This document shows positions 1 to 11,435 of a DNA stretch of 64,000 bases, one piece after another. Location of the stretch: the NCBI GenBank assembly GCA_020536535.1, contig JAHLWZ010000828.1:1-64000 (forward strand). Direction: 5' to 3'. Below the pieces are notes generated by a model, which saw nothing but the letters and a program-made list of their open reading frames with translations, was not told where the DNA came from and did not search any database. The stretch's first letter is position 1. Each line of letters begins with the position of its first letter. A program made the translations under genes and the position numbers. This stretch comes from Pelomyxa schiedti (lineage: Eukaryota > Protista > Evosea).

Positions 1-728
1 TTATTTAGGTTATTAATCAAGTTGGCACTATATTTACTCGCATTGATCATTACCCTACCCTTACCCCACTGATGCACAACCCTACCCAACTCCTTCTCCA
101 CCAAAACGGGCCAGGCCTGGCTAATAAACCTGGTGAGACATGACATGGTGACTGCAGGGGCATGCACAGGGCAAAAAAAGATTACAGCACACAGCGCTCC
201 CAGGTAATCCCTTACCCTAGTACTAGCAGTGCTTCAGTTGGTTTATCTTCACTGATCGGACGGGAAGTGGAGTTTACCAACTAATATGGCCGTAACCAAA
301 ACAATTGGTGCCAGCATCGCTTTTGTTCAGCATTTCGTTCTTGATATTTCTTATTTCTGAGAGCCTTTCAAGACACATTGCATAGCCGTAGGTCTGGTGG
401 CTGCCAACGCAGAGGTGCTAAGATCCAACTCAGCAAGTTCCAAAAAAATTTCGAAAAAAAGAGCTTGGAGGTGGTACCTCTTTCAATGTATATCATCAAT
501 GGCTGAGCTAAAATACCCAGAATTACTTCCAAAAGTCACTCCACTTTCTGACAAGGGCCACAGTATTCACATCTATTTTGTGTTGTTGGTCTTAGTGATT
601 TTTTGTCTTATTTAGGTTATTAATCAAGTTGGCACTATATTTACTCGCATTGATCATTACCCTACCCTTACCCCACTGATGCACAACCCTACCCAACTCC
701 TTCTCCACCAAAACGGGCCAGGCCTGGC
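1..728. repeat. Direct repeat 1-121 = 608-728 (period 607 bp); terminal unit of a tandem 5S rDNA array
   Basis: The first 121 nt recur identically at 608-728, and the 5S gene lies between the copies. This fits a 607-bp tandem unit whose previous copy is cut off by the window start. Confidence 0.85.
180..297 (-). rRNA. 5S rRNA: 5S rRNA gene (118 nt), divergent sequence, followed by an oligo-T Pol III terminator
   Basis: Reverse complement reads GGTTACGGCCATATTAGTTGGTAAACTCCACTTCCCGTCCGATCAGTGAAGATAAACCAACTGAAGCACTGCTAGTACTAGGGTAAGGGATTACCTGGGAGCGCTGTGTGCTGTAATC. It keeps the 5S hallmarks ACGGCCATA, CCGATC, TAGTACT (loop E) and CTGGGA...GTGCTGTA; helix I pairs GGUUAC with GUAAUC; T7 follows immediately (173-179). 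Confidence 0.93.
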
Positions 729-740
729 CCGTTTTGGTGG
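705..740. repeat. Perfect 36-bp palindrome at the array/unique-sequence junction
   Basis: CCACCAAAACGGGCCAGG|CCTGGCCCGTTTTGGTGG is its own reverse complement. Confidence 0.95.
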
Positions 741-930
741 TTGCGTCTTTGTCTTTTGTGTTTTTTAGCACATTCGCCCACATTGTAATATTCCTCATAT
801 CTGGGGTACTATTTGTGAATGATGGTGAGTATGTATGTGGGACTGTGTATGCAAGGAGGACTGAAGACAGACAGGGGTTGTATTTGGTACCAATAAAACT
901 TTTAGTGGAAATAAACGGAAGGTGAGGGCC

Positions 931-3900
931 ATGGCTACACACAATAATCCCGCCTTTAAGAATATATTCCACCTCCACCGACAAGGAGGAGAGAAGGCAT
1001 GCGTTGCCGCCGTGAATGAGTCCATCGCCTCGTGCCCTTCGTGCTCCCCACGTGCCATCCCTACGGAAGCAACAGCGGTTGGACCCCTCGGCTCCACTGT
1101 CGGAGCCACGGCAGACGCCAGTGTTGGCGTAGCCACGGCCGCGGCGTGCTCTCCCCACGACGTTGCACAGCAGCAGCAGCCGCAACAACGGAGGTGCGAG
1201 TGCTGCGCGTGGGTTGTGCGGCCGAGGCGTGCGGATGGCGAGACCATACTGCACGTGGGTGTGCGGGAGGGGTGGGACCCAGCCTCCGTCTCCCTTCTGT
1301 TGCGTGCGGGGGCGCGGCCCAATGCAACGAGGGGTGACGGATGGACGCCTCTGCACACTGCTGTGCTATCTGCCAACTCGCGTTTGGTGGTGTGTATATA
1401 TGTGCGCTTGTAGTTTGTGGACTGCTTTTGGAATTACCTTCTGTTTTTTCCCTTTTGGTGAATTGTTGTATAGCATTGGGCTTTTGCTGTTGTTTGTTGT
1501 TTACTGGTGTCCGAATGTTCCTAGAGTTTGCTTCTTGATGCTGGGGCCAGTGTGACTATACGCAATGCCTGTGGCCTTTCTGCCATTGATTACATAAACG
1601 AGAGCACCCCACCAGATATTGAAGCGCTTCTGAGAGGTGCACCAAGAAAGCAAGTGCCGTCACTTCATTTGTGTGCAAGGAAAGGTGGTGAAACGGCCTG
1701 CCTAGAATTGCTTGCCTCCTTCACAGCATCACAGCTCCACGATAGCGATGAGTCCATAGATATCGAGGAACGCAAAGTGGACGGGGAAACACCACTACAT
1801 GTTGCTGTTACAAATAAGTGGCACACTATGGTACGAAAGCTGCTCGAGTTTGGTGCGAATCCAAACAGTAAAAGGGGGAGTGATGACTGGACACCACTGC
1901 ATATTGCTGCATCCCAAGATGACGTAGTAATGCTAGAAACTTTACTGATTGCCGGCTCTGATCCCAGCATCGAAAATAAGAGAGGAAGGACTGCAGCTAC
2001 TTATATCAGAGAGTCCTCAGAGGCTCAAGCACTGCTCCCTCTCTTGAGTGGGGCACCCTGGGAAGTTCGCAACCAATCACTGATTTTACGACCTGACTTC
2101 AGCCACGGAAGTAATGTTGGTGATCTTGCTTTACATGTTGCACGTGTTACGAGTGGCGTTTTTGCAGTCCCACTGATGCAACTCCCCTTTTGTGCAGCAT
2201 TAACTCGAGCACTCCGAGGAAGAGTTCCGGCCAGTGCTCGATTGGGGTTACCTTTTGAAGGCAGAGAGGTTGACAGTCTCATGCGATGGCTACTTGATCC
2301 CGCACAAACTCAACTTTATCCACTTGCGTGCCACTTGTACCCAGACCTGGTTGGGGGGCGTCCATTGTCTGTAGTCAGCGTATTTGTTGTGTGCTGCTAT
2401 GGCGATGGGGATGTAGAAAATACTCATGGGGGAACTCCTGGAGGAAATCAACCAAGGCACACAGATGACTCTGATATTACTCTGAATGTCTGCATTGAGT
2501 CACAAGACTTGATAGGAGGCGAACTGCTTTTCGATGATGGAGTAACTGCCAACCACCAGCTAGGTTGCTACAATTCCAATTTTCTTTACCGAAATAACAT
2601 CCCGTGCTAGGAACGTGTCTATTCTTCCCTGGAACCTCCAACCACACTGTATTTCCTGTCAGGTAATGTCCATCATATAGAGGTACCAAAAAAACCTTTG
2701 AGTGGAAAAGGTCTGGAAGAAGAACAAATGTTATAGCCTGGCTGAGAGTGACTAAACCAGGATGTTTCGTCAGCGCAAGGCCTAATTTGGACTCTCTTCC
2801 ACTTCCTGTTCTTGTTTATATCCTCTCGTTCATAACTACCCCACGAGAACTTGCCAGATTGTCCATGGTCCGTTTTTCCCAAGCAATAAATTATAGCAAA
2901 CACTAAAATAGGTATGTTGGGCATTAAGAACAGCCAGCATCGAATCAGAACTATGGGAGCCATTTGTGAAAACTGAATTTCCATCAATCTTTTCCTCTGT
3001 GACTGGCTCAGCTAATTGGCACCAGGTTTACCTTCAATGCTGGGAGGGAATATCTGGCTTTGCTGCAGTTATCAAAGGCCCTATAGACTATACCCCGCCT
3101 GTTACTCGTCCGGGCGCAATTGAATGCAAGGTAATCGTTTCTTATTTATTTATTTTGAGCCTCCTAATACTGCAGATCGTTGTGCTTGGAGACACGGGAG
3201 TTGGAAAATCTTCCTTTGTGATTCAGTTTATCCAGGTAACTTTCTTTGTTGGTTTTTCCTTTAACCTCTTGATAGAGTCATTTTATCGATTTTTACGTAT
3301 GCTCCTTTACATCCTGTAGATTATCTGATTTCTTTTCCCTCTTTCATTTTCCATAAAAACTTTTCAGGACGCAGACATTGAAGACTCGTAAGTGCAATTA
3401 ACATTGCTTCCCCTAAACGCATGAGCACCACAACGCACAAAGCGACAAATGCATTAACCCACCACCACAACACACCCAACAGCTACCGAAAGCGAGTTAC
3501 CATAGACGGAATATCAGGGCTACTCGACATACTGGACACAGCCAGTTGGGATGATCCCGAGTCAGACTTCAGTGCGATGCGGGACCAGTACCTCCGTACC
3601 GCGGGAACCCTGGTCCTGGTGTTCGACATCACCAGCCGCCGCTCCTTTGTCTCGCTGGGCCGCTACCTCTCCCGCGCCCTCCACGCCCACGACGACGCCC
3701 CGTGGCTCCCGGGGGTGCTGGTTGGTACCAAGGACGACCTCAGCGACCACCGCGAAGTCCCTGCGGCAATGGCCAGGCAGGCCGCCCACGCCTGGGGCAT
3801 CCCCTACTTCGAGACAAGCGCCAAGACCAGGCACAACGTGGACGAAGCCATGCTGGCTGCTGCCAGGTGCTGGATGAACGGCCCTCCCTCACACCTCAGA

Positions 3901-3969
3901 GCTGCAACTCACGCTTCGTCTGGCAAAGGTAAGAGAAAGCACAAAGGTGAGCAGTGCTCTGTGATGTGA
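931..3969 (+). CDS. Multidomain protein: ankyrin repeats + 2OG-Fe(II) oxygenase + F-box + Ras-family GTPase-like domain + CAAX (about 837 aa, 9 exons)
   Basis: Exons 931-1389, 1525-2563, 2611-2662, 2711-2867, 2912-3130, 3176-3235, 3276-3296, 3368-3387 and 3483-3969 join through GT-AG introns into 2514 nt without stops. Motifs: ankyrin GETPLHVA and WTPLHIA; HTDDSDITLNV...SNH...SGRRTNVIAW (HxD..H..R); F-box LDSLPLPVLVYILSF...LARLSMVCWAL...LW; GDTGVGKS, TKDD, ETSAK; C-terminal CSVM. Confidence 0.85.
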
Positions 3970-4130
3970 GAGGTTCCCATTTGGACACAACTCTTGACTC
4001 ATAGTGTGCTTGTTGTTGACAACAAGCTTTCTTCTTGGAAAACATTTTCGTAATTTAGAAATTCTATCCTATTTGGTTGTGTTTGAATTAGCGTAGTTGC
4101 ACGCTAAGGAACTTTACGGGAGAGACGTCG

Positions 4131-7100
4131 ATGCAACAAGCACCAGGAGGGAGACAGACGGATGGCACGAATGACTCCTCACACGCAGAGGTATTTTTTT
4201 TGTTTGTTGTGGTTGGTGGTGGTGTTGATTTTGGTGGACGCAGGAGGAAGAAGATGCTCCTATGGCGACAACGTCATCGAGTGCAACTGCAACTACAGCA
4301 ACAACGGAGCCTATGATGACGGGTGGATTCGTCAATATAACATCACTACCTTATATTCCGGTTTCCTTTTCTCTTATCTCCTCCCTATAGTTACAGTGGG
4401 TTTTTTTTTTTTTAGGATGAAGAGGATTTGCCATATGAAGAGGATGTTCTCCGTAATCCATATTCATTGAAGAGTTGGTGGAGATTTATTGAATTCAAAC
4501 AACACTGCCCTCCCCGTGTGATCAACCTCACTTTCGAACGTGCTTTGAGGTCATAACCCTTTGTGGGATTGCTCAAAACTGAAACTATCCTAGAGAACTT
4601 CCTGGGAGTTACAAGATTTGGTTTATGTATCTACGCACGCGTGTCCAACAAGTACGCGGTAAATGCATCACAGACAAGGCTTATGACATTGTAAACAACA
4701 CATTTGAACGGGCCCTAGTCTTCATGCACAAGGTAGTTTCCAACAGGCACAGAGCTTAAGGCTGATGTTTTGCCAATAGATGCCCCGAATCTGGGTAGAA
4801 TACATCAAATTTTTAATTGAGCAGAAGAAAATCACACGTACACGTCGAACATGTGATAGAGCACTTCGATCCCTTCCAATCCTCCAGCATACTACAATCT
4901 GGAAGATCTACATCAAGTGGGTGAAAGAGATAAATGTACCTCTGACGATTGTTCGAGTCTATAAACGATATCTAAAGGTAAATTATACCTCACATATAAT
5001 TAAAATATAACTCTTTTTAGCTCGAGCCTGAAAGCGTTGAAGATTACATAGATTATTTAGAACAAGAGGGTTCAGTCTCTGCCAATTAAATATTTCATTA
5101 AGTCTGGCAGGTTTTTTCAATGAAGCTGCTGTCAGGCTTTCGCAAATAGTTGAAGATGATAAGTTTGTGAGCCAAAAAGGAAAATCCAAACATCAAATGT
5201 GGATGCAGCTCTGTGCACTCATTTCCAAACACCCAAAAGAAGTAGCTACCTCACCACATACCAACAATTAACTTGGCTCCAGATAACAAGTCTAAAAGTG
5301 GAGCCTATAATAAGAAATGGAATCAGGAAGTTCACAGATGAAGTGGGGAGGTTGTGGGTCAGTCTTGCTCAGTACTATGTGAGGCTTGCACATTTTGAAA
5401 AGGTCTACATATTCTATTGTATGATGTGGGTTGATCTCGAAAGGCACGAGACATTTTTGAGGAAGGAATGGATTCTGTGACAACTGTTCGTGATTTCAGC
5501 ATGATCTGGGATAGCTACACCAAGTTTGAGGATAGGCTTCTCACAGCTAGAATTAACAGCTCTCCTCAAGAAGTCGGTAGTTCTGCAATGATAAAATAGC
5601 TTGTCTTTCACTAAAATTCTTTGCAGCGGAGGACCCAGAAGACCTTGAAGAAAAAAATGCCGATTTCGAGTTAAGGGTGGCGCGATATGAAAACTTGGTG
5701 GCCAGGCAACCACTTTTGATAAGTGGTGTTCTTTTACGTCAAAACCCGCACAATGTGTATCAATGGCACAAGAGGGCGAAGATATACAAAAGTATGGATA
5801 ACATCAAAAAGGTGTGATGTCATCTTGCAGAATTTGTACATACTCACTTACCACAGATGGTAAAAACGTATTCAAAGGCACTGGCCACTGTTGATCCCCA
5901 AAAAGCGACTGGTAAGCCGCACCTCCTCTGGGCAGCATTTGCACGATTTTATGCCAAACGTGGAGACCATGACTCTGCCTGCACGTAATTTTCCTATTCA
6001 TTGTACCTTACTTCTTACTTGTGAAATTTACAGTATCTTTGAGAAGGGTATTCAACAGAAATTTAAATATGTTGATGACTTAGCTTCTCTGTGTGCTATG
6101 TTTCCATTTTGCGTTGGTCTCTAACATTCCTAGGTGGTGTGATTACATAGAGATGGAGATACGACACCAGTACGAAAATAATCTACTATTTTAAATGCTA
6201 ACTCATTTGTCAGAAACTATGATGTAGCGCGAAAGCTGTGTCAACGAGCCACCACATCACCCCGAAATGCCGCTGTTGCTGTAAAAGTACTGGTTTGTTC
6301 TTCTTTCGTAAACTTATGTCTATGTCTATAGGCTGGCCACGGGACTCAAGATGGTGACAATTCTGTTCACAAGTGGCTGTTCAAGTCCATAAAACTGTGG
6401 CTGCTTTATGCTGATCTCGAAGAAAGTTTTGGTTGTTAAGTATCCAGCCATCCTACACTGACGCACAAAAAATATGTAGGCACTTTTCAGTCAACAAAGG
6501 CTGTATATGAGAAAATTCTGGACCTGCGAATAGCAACACCACAAGTCATTCTCAATTTTGCTGCTTTCCTCGAAGAGCACAAATACTTTGAAGAAGGATT
6601 TAAGGTTGTTCATCTATCTCCTCCAGAAATTTCTTATAGTTTCTGGCCAGGCATTTGAAAGAGGAGTTAATCTATTCCACTTTCCTCACGCACTTCCCAT
6701 TTGGCTTACATACCTTACCAAATTTGTTGAAAGATATGTATGTTAGTGTGTTCCTCCTGTAAAAGAATTCATCCTATAATAAAGAGGGGTCAGAAGCTCG
6801 AGAGAGCCAGAGACTTATTTGAACAAGTTTTAGAGAAAGTACCAGCAAAAGATGCCAAGGTTTCTCTGTTGTTATTTTCAGTTACATGTGTCATAACCAC
6901 CCCTCAGATTTTTTATATCATGTATGCTGCCTTGGAGGAGGAATTTGGATTGGCACGGCACGCCATGGCTGTGTATGACAGGGCTACTAGAGCCGTGCAT
7001 GACGACGACAAGTATAAGGTTAGAGTGCAATCATAGAGATTCCTTTAACACACACCCAGATGTATCTTTTCTACATTGCCCGAGCCGGGGAGTATTTTGG

Positions 7101-7797
7101 TATTATGAAGACACGAGAAATTTATCAGCGGGCAGTAGACTCTCTCCCAGACAAGTACGTGAAAGAGATGTGCCTCAGATTTGCAAATATGGAACGTCGT
7201 CTTGGAGAAATTGATCGAGCACGTGCGATATACACCCACGTTTCCCAGTATTGTGACCCAAGAGTATGTTTCTAGCATTTATTTCAACTAAATAATAAAA
7301 TACACCTTAAAAAAAAAAGCTTGATCCCAAGTTCTGGGAGACCTGGCGTGAGTTTGAGGTGCAGCATGGTAACAGCGACACATTCCGTGAAATGCTACGA
7401 GTGAGAAGGAGCGTTCAAGCGTTGTACAATACCCAAGTGAATTTTGCGGCAATAGAGTTGGCTGCGCAAGACCAAATTGCACAGACCGAGAAACGCTCAG
7501 CCGGTATCTGTACTTAAAGCAGGACAAGCCCATTCATACTTACACAACACAAGCTACACCCATGGAACAGCTGGAGAGGGAAGCAAAGCAAGCGGATGCC
7601 GCCGAAGCACCCAAACCTACAACAGAAACAGAACCGGCTGCACCAAGGCACAACCTGCAGTTTGTTTCGTATGTCACTCTCCCCAGTGTTCACCACCAAC
7701 AGACCTAACTACCACAAAATTTAGGGCCACATCCACCAGTTCCAGTAACGCGTCCAATCCCGAAGCTGTGGACCTCGAAGATGACAACAAGTCCTGA
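4131..7797 (+). CDS. SYF1: Pre-mRNA splicing factor SYF1/XAB2 (HAT repeats), multi-exon
   Basis: [87 protein letters not shown]. Start codon approximate. Confidence 0.93.
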
Positions 7798-7926
7798 TAC
7801 TCCGTTAGATAGCAGCACCATGACCAAGAGAATTTTCTTGGCAGAATATTCCAATAGAAAACAGTGTTTTTAAGTGCTCGCTCACCTTCATTCTCTTTTT
7901 TTATTCAAGTACTCGTAGAAAAGCAG

Positions 7927-10126
7927 ATGCGGGGAGCGACAGCCAAGTTCGAGGGGTTCAAGCTGAGCAACAACGTGTGCGGTCCCATAGGTGTGATGCA
8001 GACGGGAGACCATGCCGCACTTTGCAGCATGCTGCTACAGCCCACAATAACACCTGCACCTACACCTACAGCACCACCAACAACAACAACAACAACAACA
8101 AGTACAACGGCAACAGGGAGCAGCAGAGTCAACGGCAGTGTGAAGTCGCAGTCGTGCGCGAGGGTGACATCGCAAATGCAACACAACGCGGTGCAGGTAG
8201 GCAAGGGGACCAGCAGGGGGGCAGCCGTGGGCTGTTGTTGCTACTACGTGGATGCCAACATGTGTGTGATACGGGCTGTCCTGGCCCCCTGTGGGGGGGG
8301 CACAACCGGCGTGAGTGGGACAAGTTGCGCCGCCACCTCTGTAACTGGCAGTGCTACTGGTAATGCTGGTGCCAGTGTTTGTGTGACTGGAGATGGGAAT
8401 CAGGTAATGGTGCAGTGCATTGGCTGGGATTGTTGTATTGCACTTGTGCTATTTGTTCTTATGGTGAAGAAGGCGATGATGTTAACTTGTGCTTAGATTA
8501 ACTGCACTTTGGAGCACTTGTTTACAATGCCAAAGCCGACTCTCACCGCTACTTCCATGGATGCATGTGTCTTGACGGTTGTTGGCGAGGACAATCTCTT
8601 TATTGCTTCTGATGGGTAACTAAAACCCATACCGACTTTTTTTCCAAAGACAGACTAAGTTTCTTTCAGATGTGGCTCTTTGTTTATTGCGGAAGGAAAC
8701 TCATCATATAAAATAACTACACTGCAACCCCTTGCTGGGATCGAGTTCGTCATCATTGATGTTGTGAGGACGACGGACGGTGCCCTGCTAATACTACTGT
8801 ATTCTGTGCATGACTCGCTATTTGAAAGTCAGACCCTTGGTAATGAAATCAATACTCCGAGCACGACGAAGGAACCCACAAACACGACTGAGACCAGTTC
8901 CCCTGACCAACTTGCCTGTCCTACAGAGTGCGTAAATCGTGGAATTGTTTCAAAGCCCTCACTAAACATAGGAAAAGGGCTCGCATAGACTTCAAACCAG
9001 CACACTCTACAACAGAAAGCAGCTTAGAAGGTCAACCATCAACCTCTCACGCCCCTAGCACCCAGCACTTCAGATCGGGGTTTAAATTACACCTGCTGCG
9101 AGTATCCCGAAAAGAGGTTTGTGGAACGAATATTGAAAAATGTACTAATTCCCCAAAAACCAAACCATTTCTTGCACCAATATAATTAAAATGAATAATA
9201 AAAAGAAAACAGATTGAGACTCTTGTACAGGACAATGAATTCATTATTTCTGGGCTTACTTCTTTGTGGAGTTTTTCACCGCTAGTTCATGCACAATTAT
9301 CTTCTTTGGGCAGTTTGCTTGCTGTAATATCTGAGACCCCATACCAAGATGTATGTACATTCCCCGCACTTTCTTCATCTCCGTTCTTAATCTGTTATAG
9401 GGATCTGTCAAGGTGCCTGATGACACCATGGAGAAGACCAACATGGAAGATGAAGACGAGGACGAGGGTGAACGTGATGACTATGAGGATGACGACGATG
9501 AATTTGACACTGTTTTGAATAAAGGTTGCAGCTCTGAGAAGGTAATAATGACGTAGGAAAGTTCCCTGAGTCCACTCAAAGATAACACTAGGTTATGTAC
9601 GTAAATTGCTATGCTGTGGATTTCAGCACAACATCTGGCTCCCTTATTCTTTCAGGTGACCCGCTTTGCGTGGGTGAAGTATACAACGTTACACCGGACG
9701 TTGACTCTTTTGTAGTTCTATGCAAAAATGGGAAGGACGTGAATGTACTCTACTATCCTTTTGTTGTCGATACTGAAATCTCTCCAGGTAGTCAAGTACG
9801 AGTTTGACGAAACCAACATGACAGTTACGGCTCTGGATATCGCAACATTCCCCGTTCTATCCTATCTCTTCAACGGAAAGCCCAACAAGCGCTGGATGCT
9901 GATAACACCGGATCAATCGCATGCTGCCGTTGTTGAATCACAGCGTTATGTATACATATACCAAAAACCTCTTCCACTGGAACGCTGGGCACCACACCAA
10001 GTACTGCAGCACCATACCACTTCATCGAAGGCTGAGTTTATGGGAGCAAGGTTGTTTTTGGTTGGGGCTATCAAAGTGCTGCTGGTCCTTACCACTTCCG
10101 AGATTTTGACTTGGGCTTTGTTGTGA
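7927..10126 (+). CDS. NUDCD1: NudC domain-containing protein 1-like, multi-exon, with a Thr/Ser-rich insertion
   Basis: N-terminal AKFEGFKLS and C-terminal PDQSHAAVVESQRYVYIYQKP...LLVLTTSEI resemble NUDCD1 as I recall it. Start uncertain (7820 or 7927). Confidence 0.7.
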
Positions 10127-10216
10127 AAGAAAAAGAAAAATTTTCAAGTGGCCAAAGTCACTTTTTTGCTCCCTCACCACAGACATAGCACACAAAATAC
10201 ACTTTTCTACACGGGC

Positions 10217-11284
10217 TTACACATCCTTCTTTTGTGACTTGCGGATAAGAGACTTGTGAATGTGAGGAATAACGCCACCTCCAGCAATCGTGGCCTGAAA
10301 GTCAAGTTAAAAGCAATCATTTTGCATCACTAGGACTACCTTAATAAGAGTATCGAGTTCTTCATCACCGCGAATGGCGAGCTGTAAGTGGCGAGGCGTG
10401 ATACGCTTCACCTTAAGGTCTTTTGAGGCATTTCCAGCAAGTTCCAGCACCTGTGAGAAATGTTGAAAAGAAATGTATTTACAACTGAAAGGATATTAAC
10501 CTCGGCAGTGAGATACTCCAGAATGGCCGCACTGGATACTATGAGAAAAGAATTTATTTGATTTCGGTAATATACCTATACACAGCGGCAGTAGCACCAA
10601 CTCTTCCGTGAGAACTTGCCTTACTCTTGAGAAATCTGTGAATACGCCCAACAGGAAACTGTTTTGGAGGTCAGTTAAGCGCAAACCACACCAAAGAAGT
10701 GCGTACCTGGAGCCCAGCTCTTTGTGACCTGGAAATTGGCTTGCGCGGCTTGCGTAGAACCTCATCATAATCCTCAGGGTCGTCGCGAGAAGAATGACGG
10801 CGCTGCCTCTGTTGTGGTTGCTGCTGTGGGCGATGTTGCACCTGCCTCTGTTGGTGTGCCTGCTGTTGTTGATTGTGGGATCGCTGCTGCTGTTGCGGCT
10901 GCTGTTGGCGGGGCTGAGCGACCGCCGTAGTGCCTGGGACCCTCGAAACAGGCATATTGTGGTACTGCTGTTGCGCCGCTGACTGAAGGTGTTGCATTCC
11001 TGGCTGGACTGCCTGCGACAACTGGGAGAGCAGCTGGGGCGGAGCTTGCGACATCAACACCTGAGACTGTTGCTGCGTTGCACTTATTTGGGATGGCGAG
11101 CCTGGTTGTTGCGATGGTGGACCCTCCAACACCTGAGACTCCATTGATTGCGATGGGGGTGGTCCTTCCAACACCTGTTTTTCGTCATGTCGATTTTTTT
11201 TTTTTTAAATTTTAATTTTTTGAATATTTTTTTTGGTCAATATTGCGTGTGGATGGCGATTACGGAACGTACTTGTGAAGCCAT
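10217..11284 (-). CDS. H2A.Z: Histone H2A.Z with an SQ/Gln-rich N-terminal extension of about 140 aa
   Basis: Spliced core: SRSQRAGLQ|[27 protein letters not shown]|[11 protein letters not shown]|[37 protein letters not shown]|[25 protein letters not shown], diagnostic of H2A.Z. Exon 1 is ATGGCTTCACAA (11284-11273), spliced to 11174. Confidence 0.95.
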
Positions 11285-11435
11285 TTAGTCTTTAATCGCG
11301 CTTGTCGCTGGTACCGGTGTTACGTCTACTAACCAACTGAGGGTTGTTCTTTTTTAATTTTTCTTTTTTAAAAAGATTGATATTTCCATCAATTCTAGAT
11401 CTGCACCGAGACTGAGGAACCAGGAGGGGCGGGGT

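Noticed and set aside
50-90. TACCCT/AACCCT-like hexamers suggesting telomeric repeats
   Set aside because: Only 2-3 imperfect copies, inside the 5S spacer.
592-1376. Minus-strand ORFs of 254 and 193 aa over the ankyrin exon
   Set aside because: GC-rich antisense shadows with no recognisable motifs.
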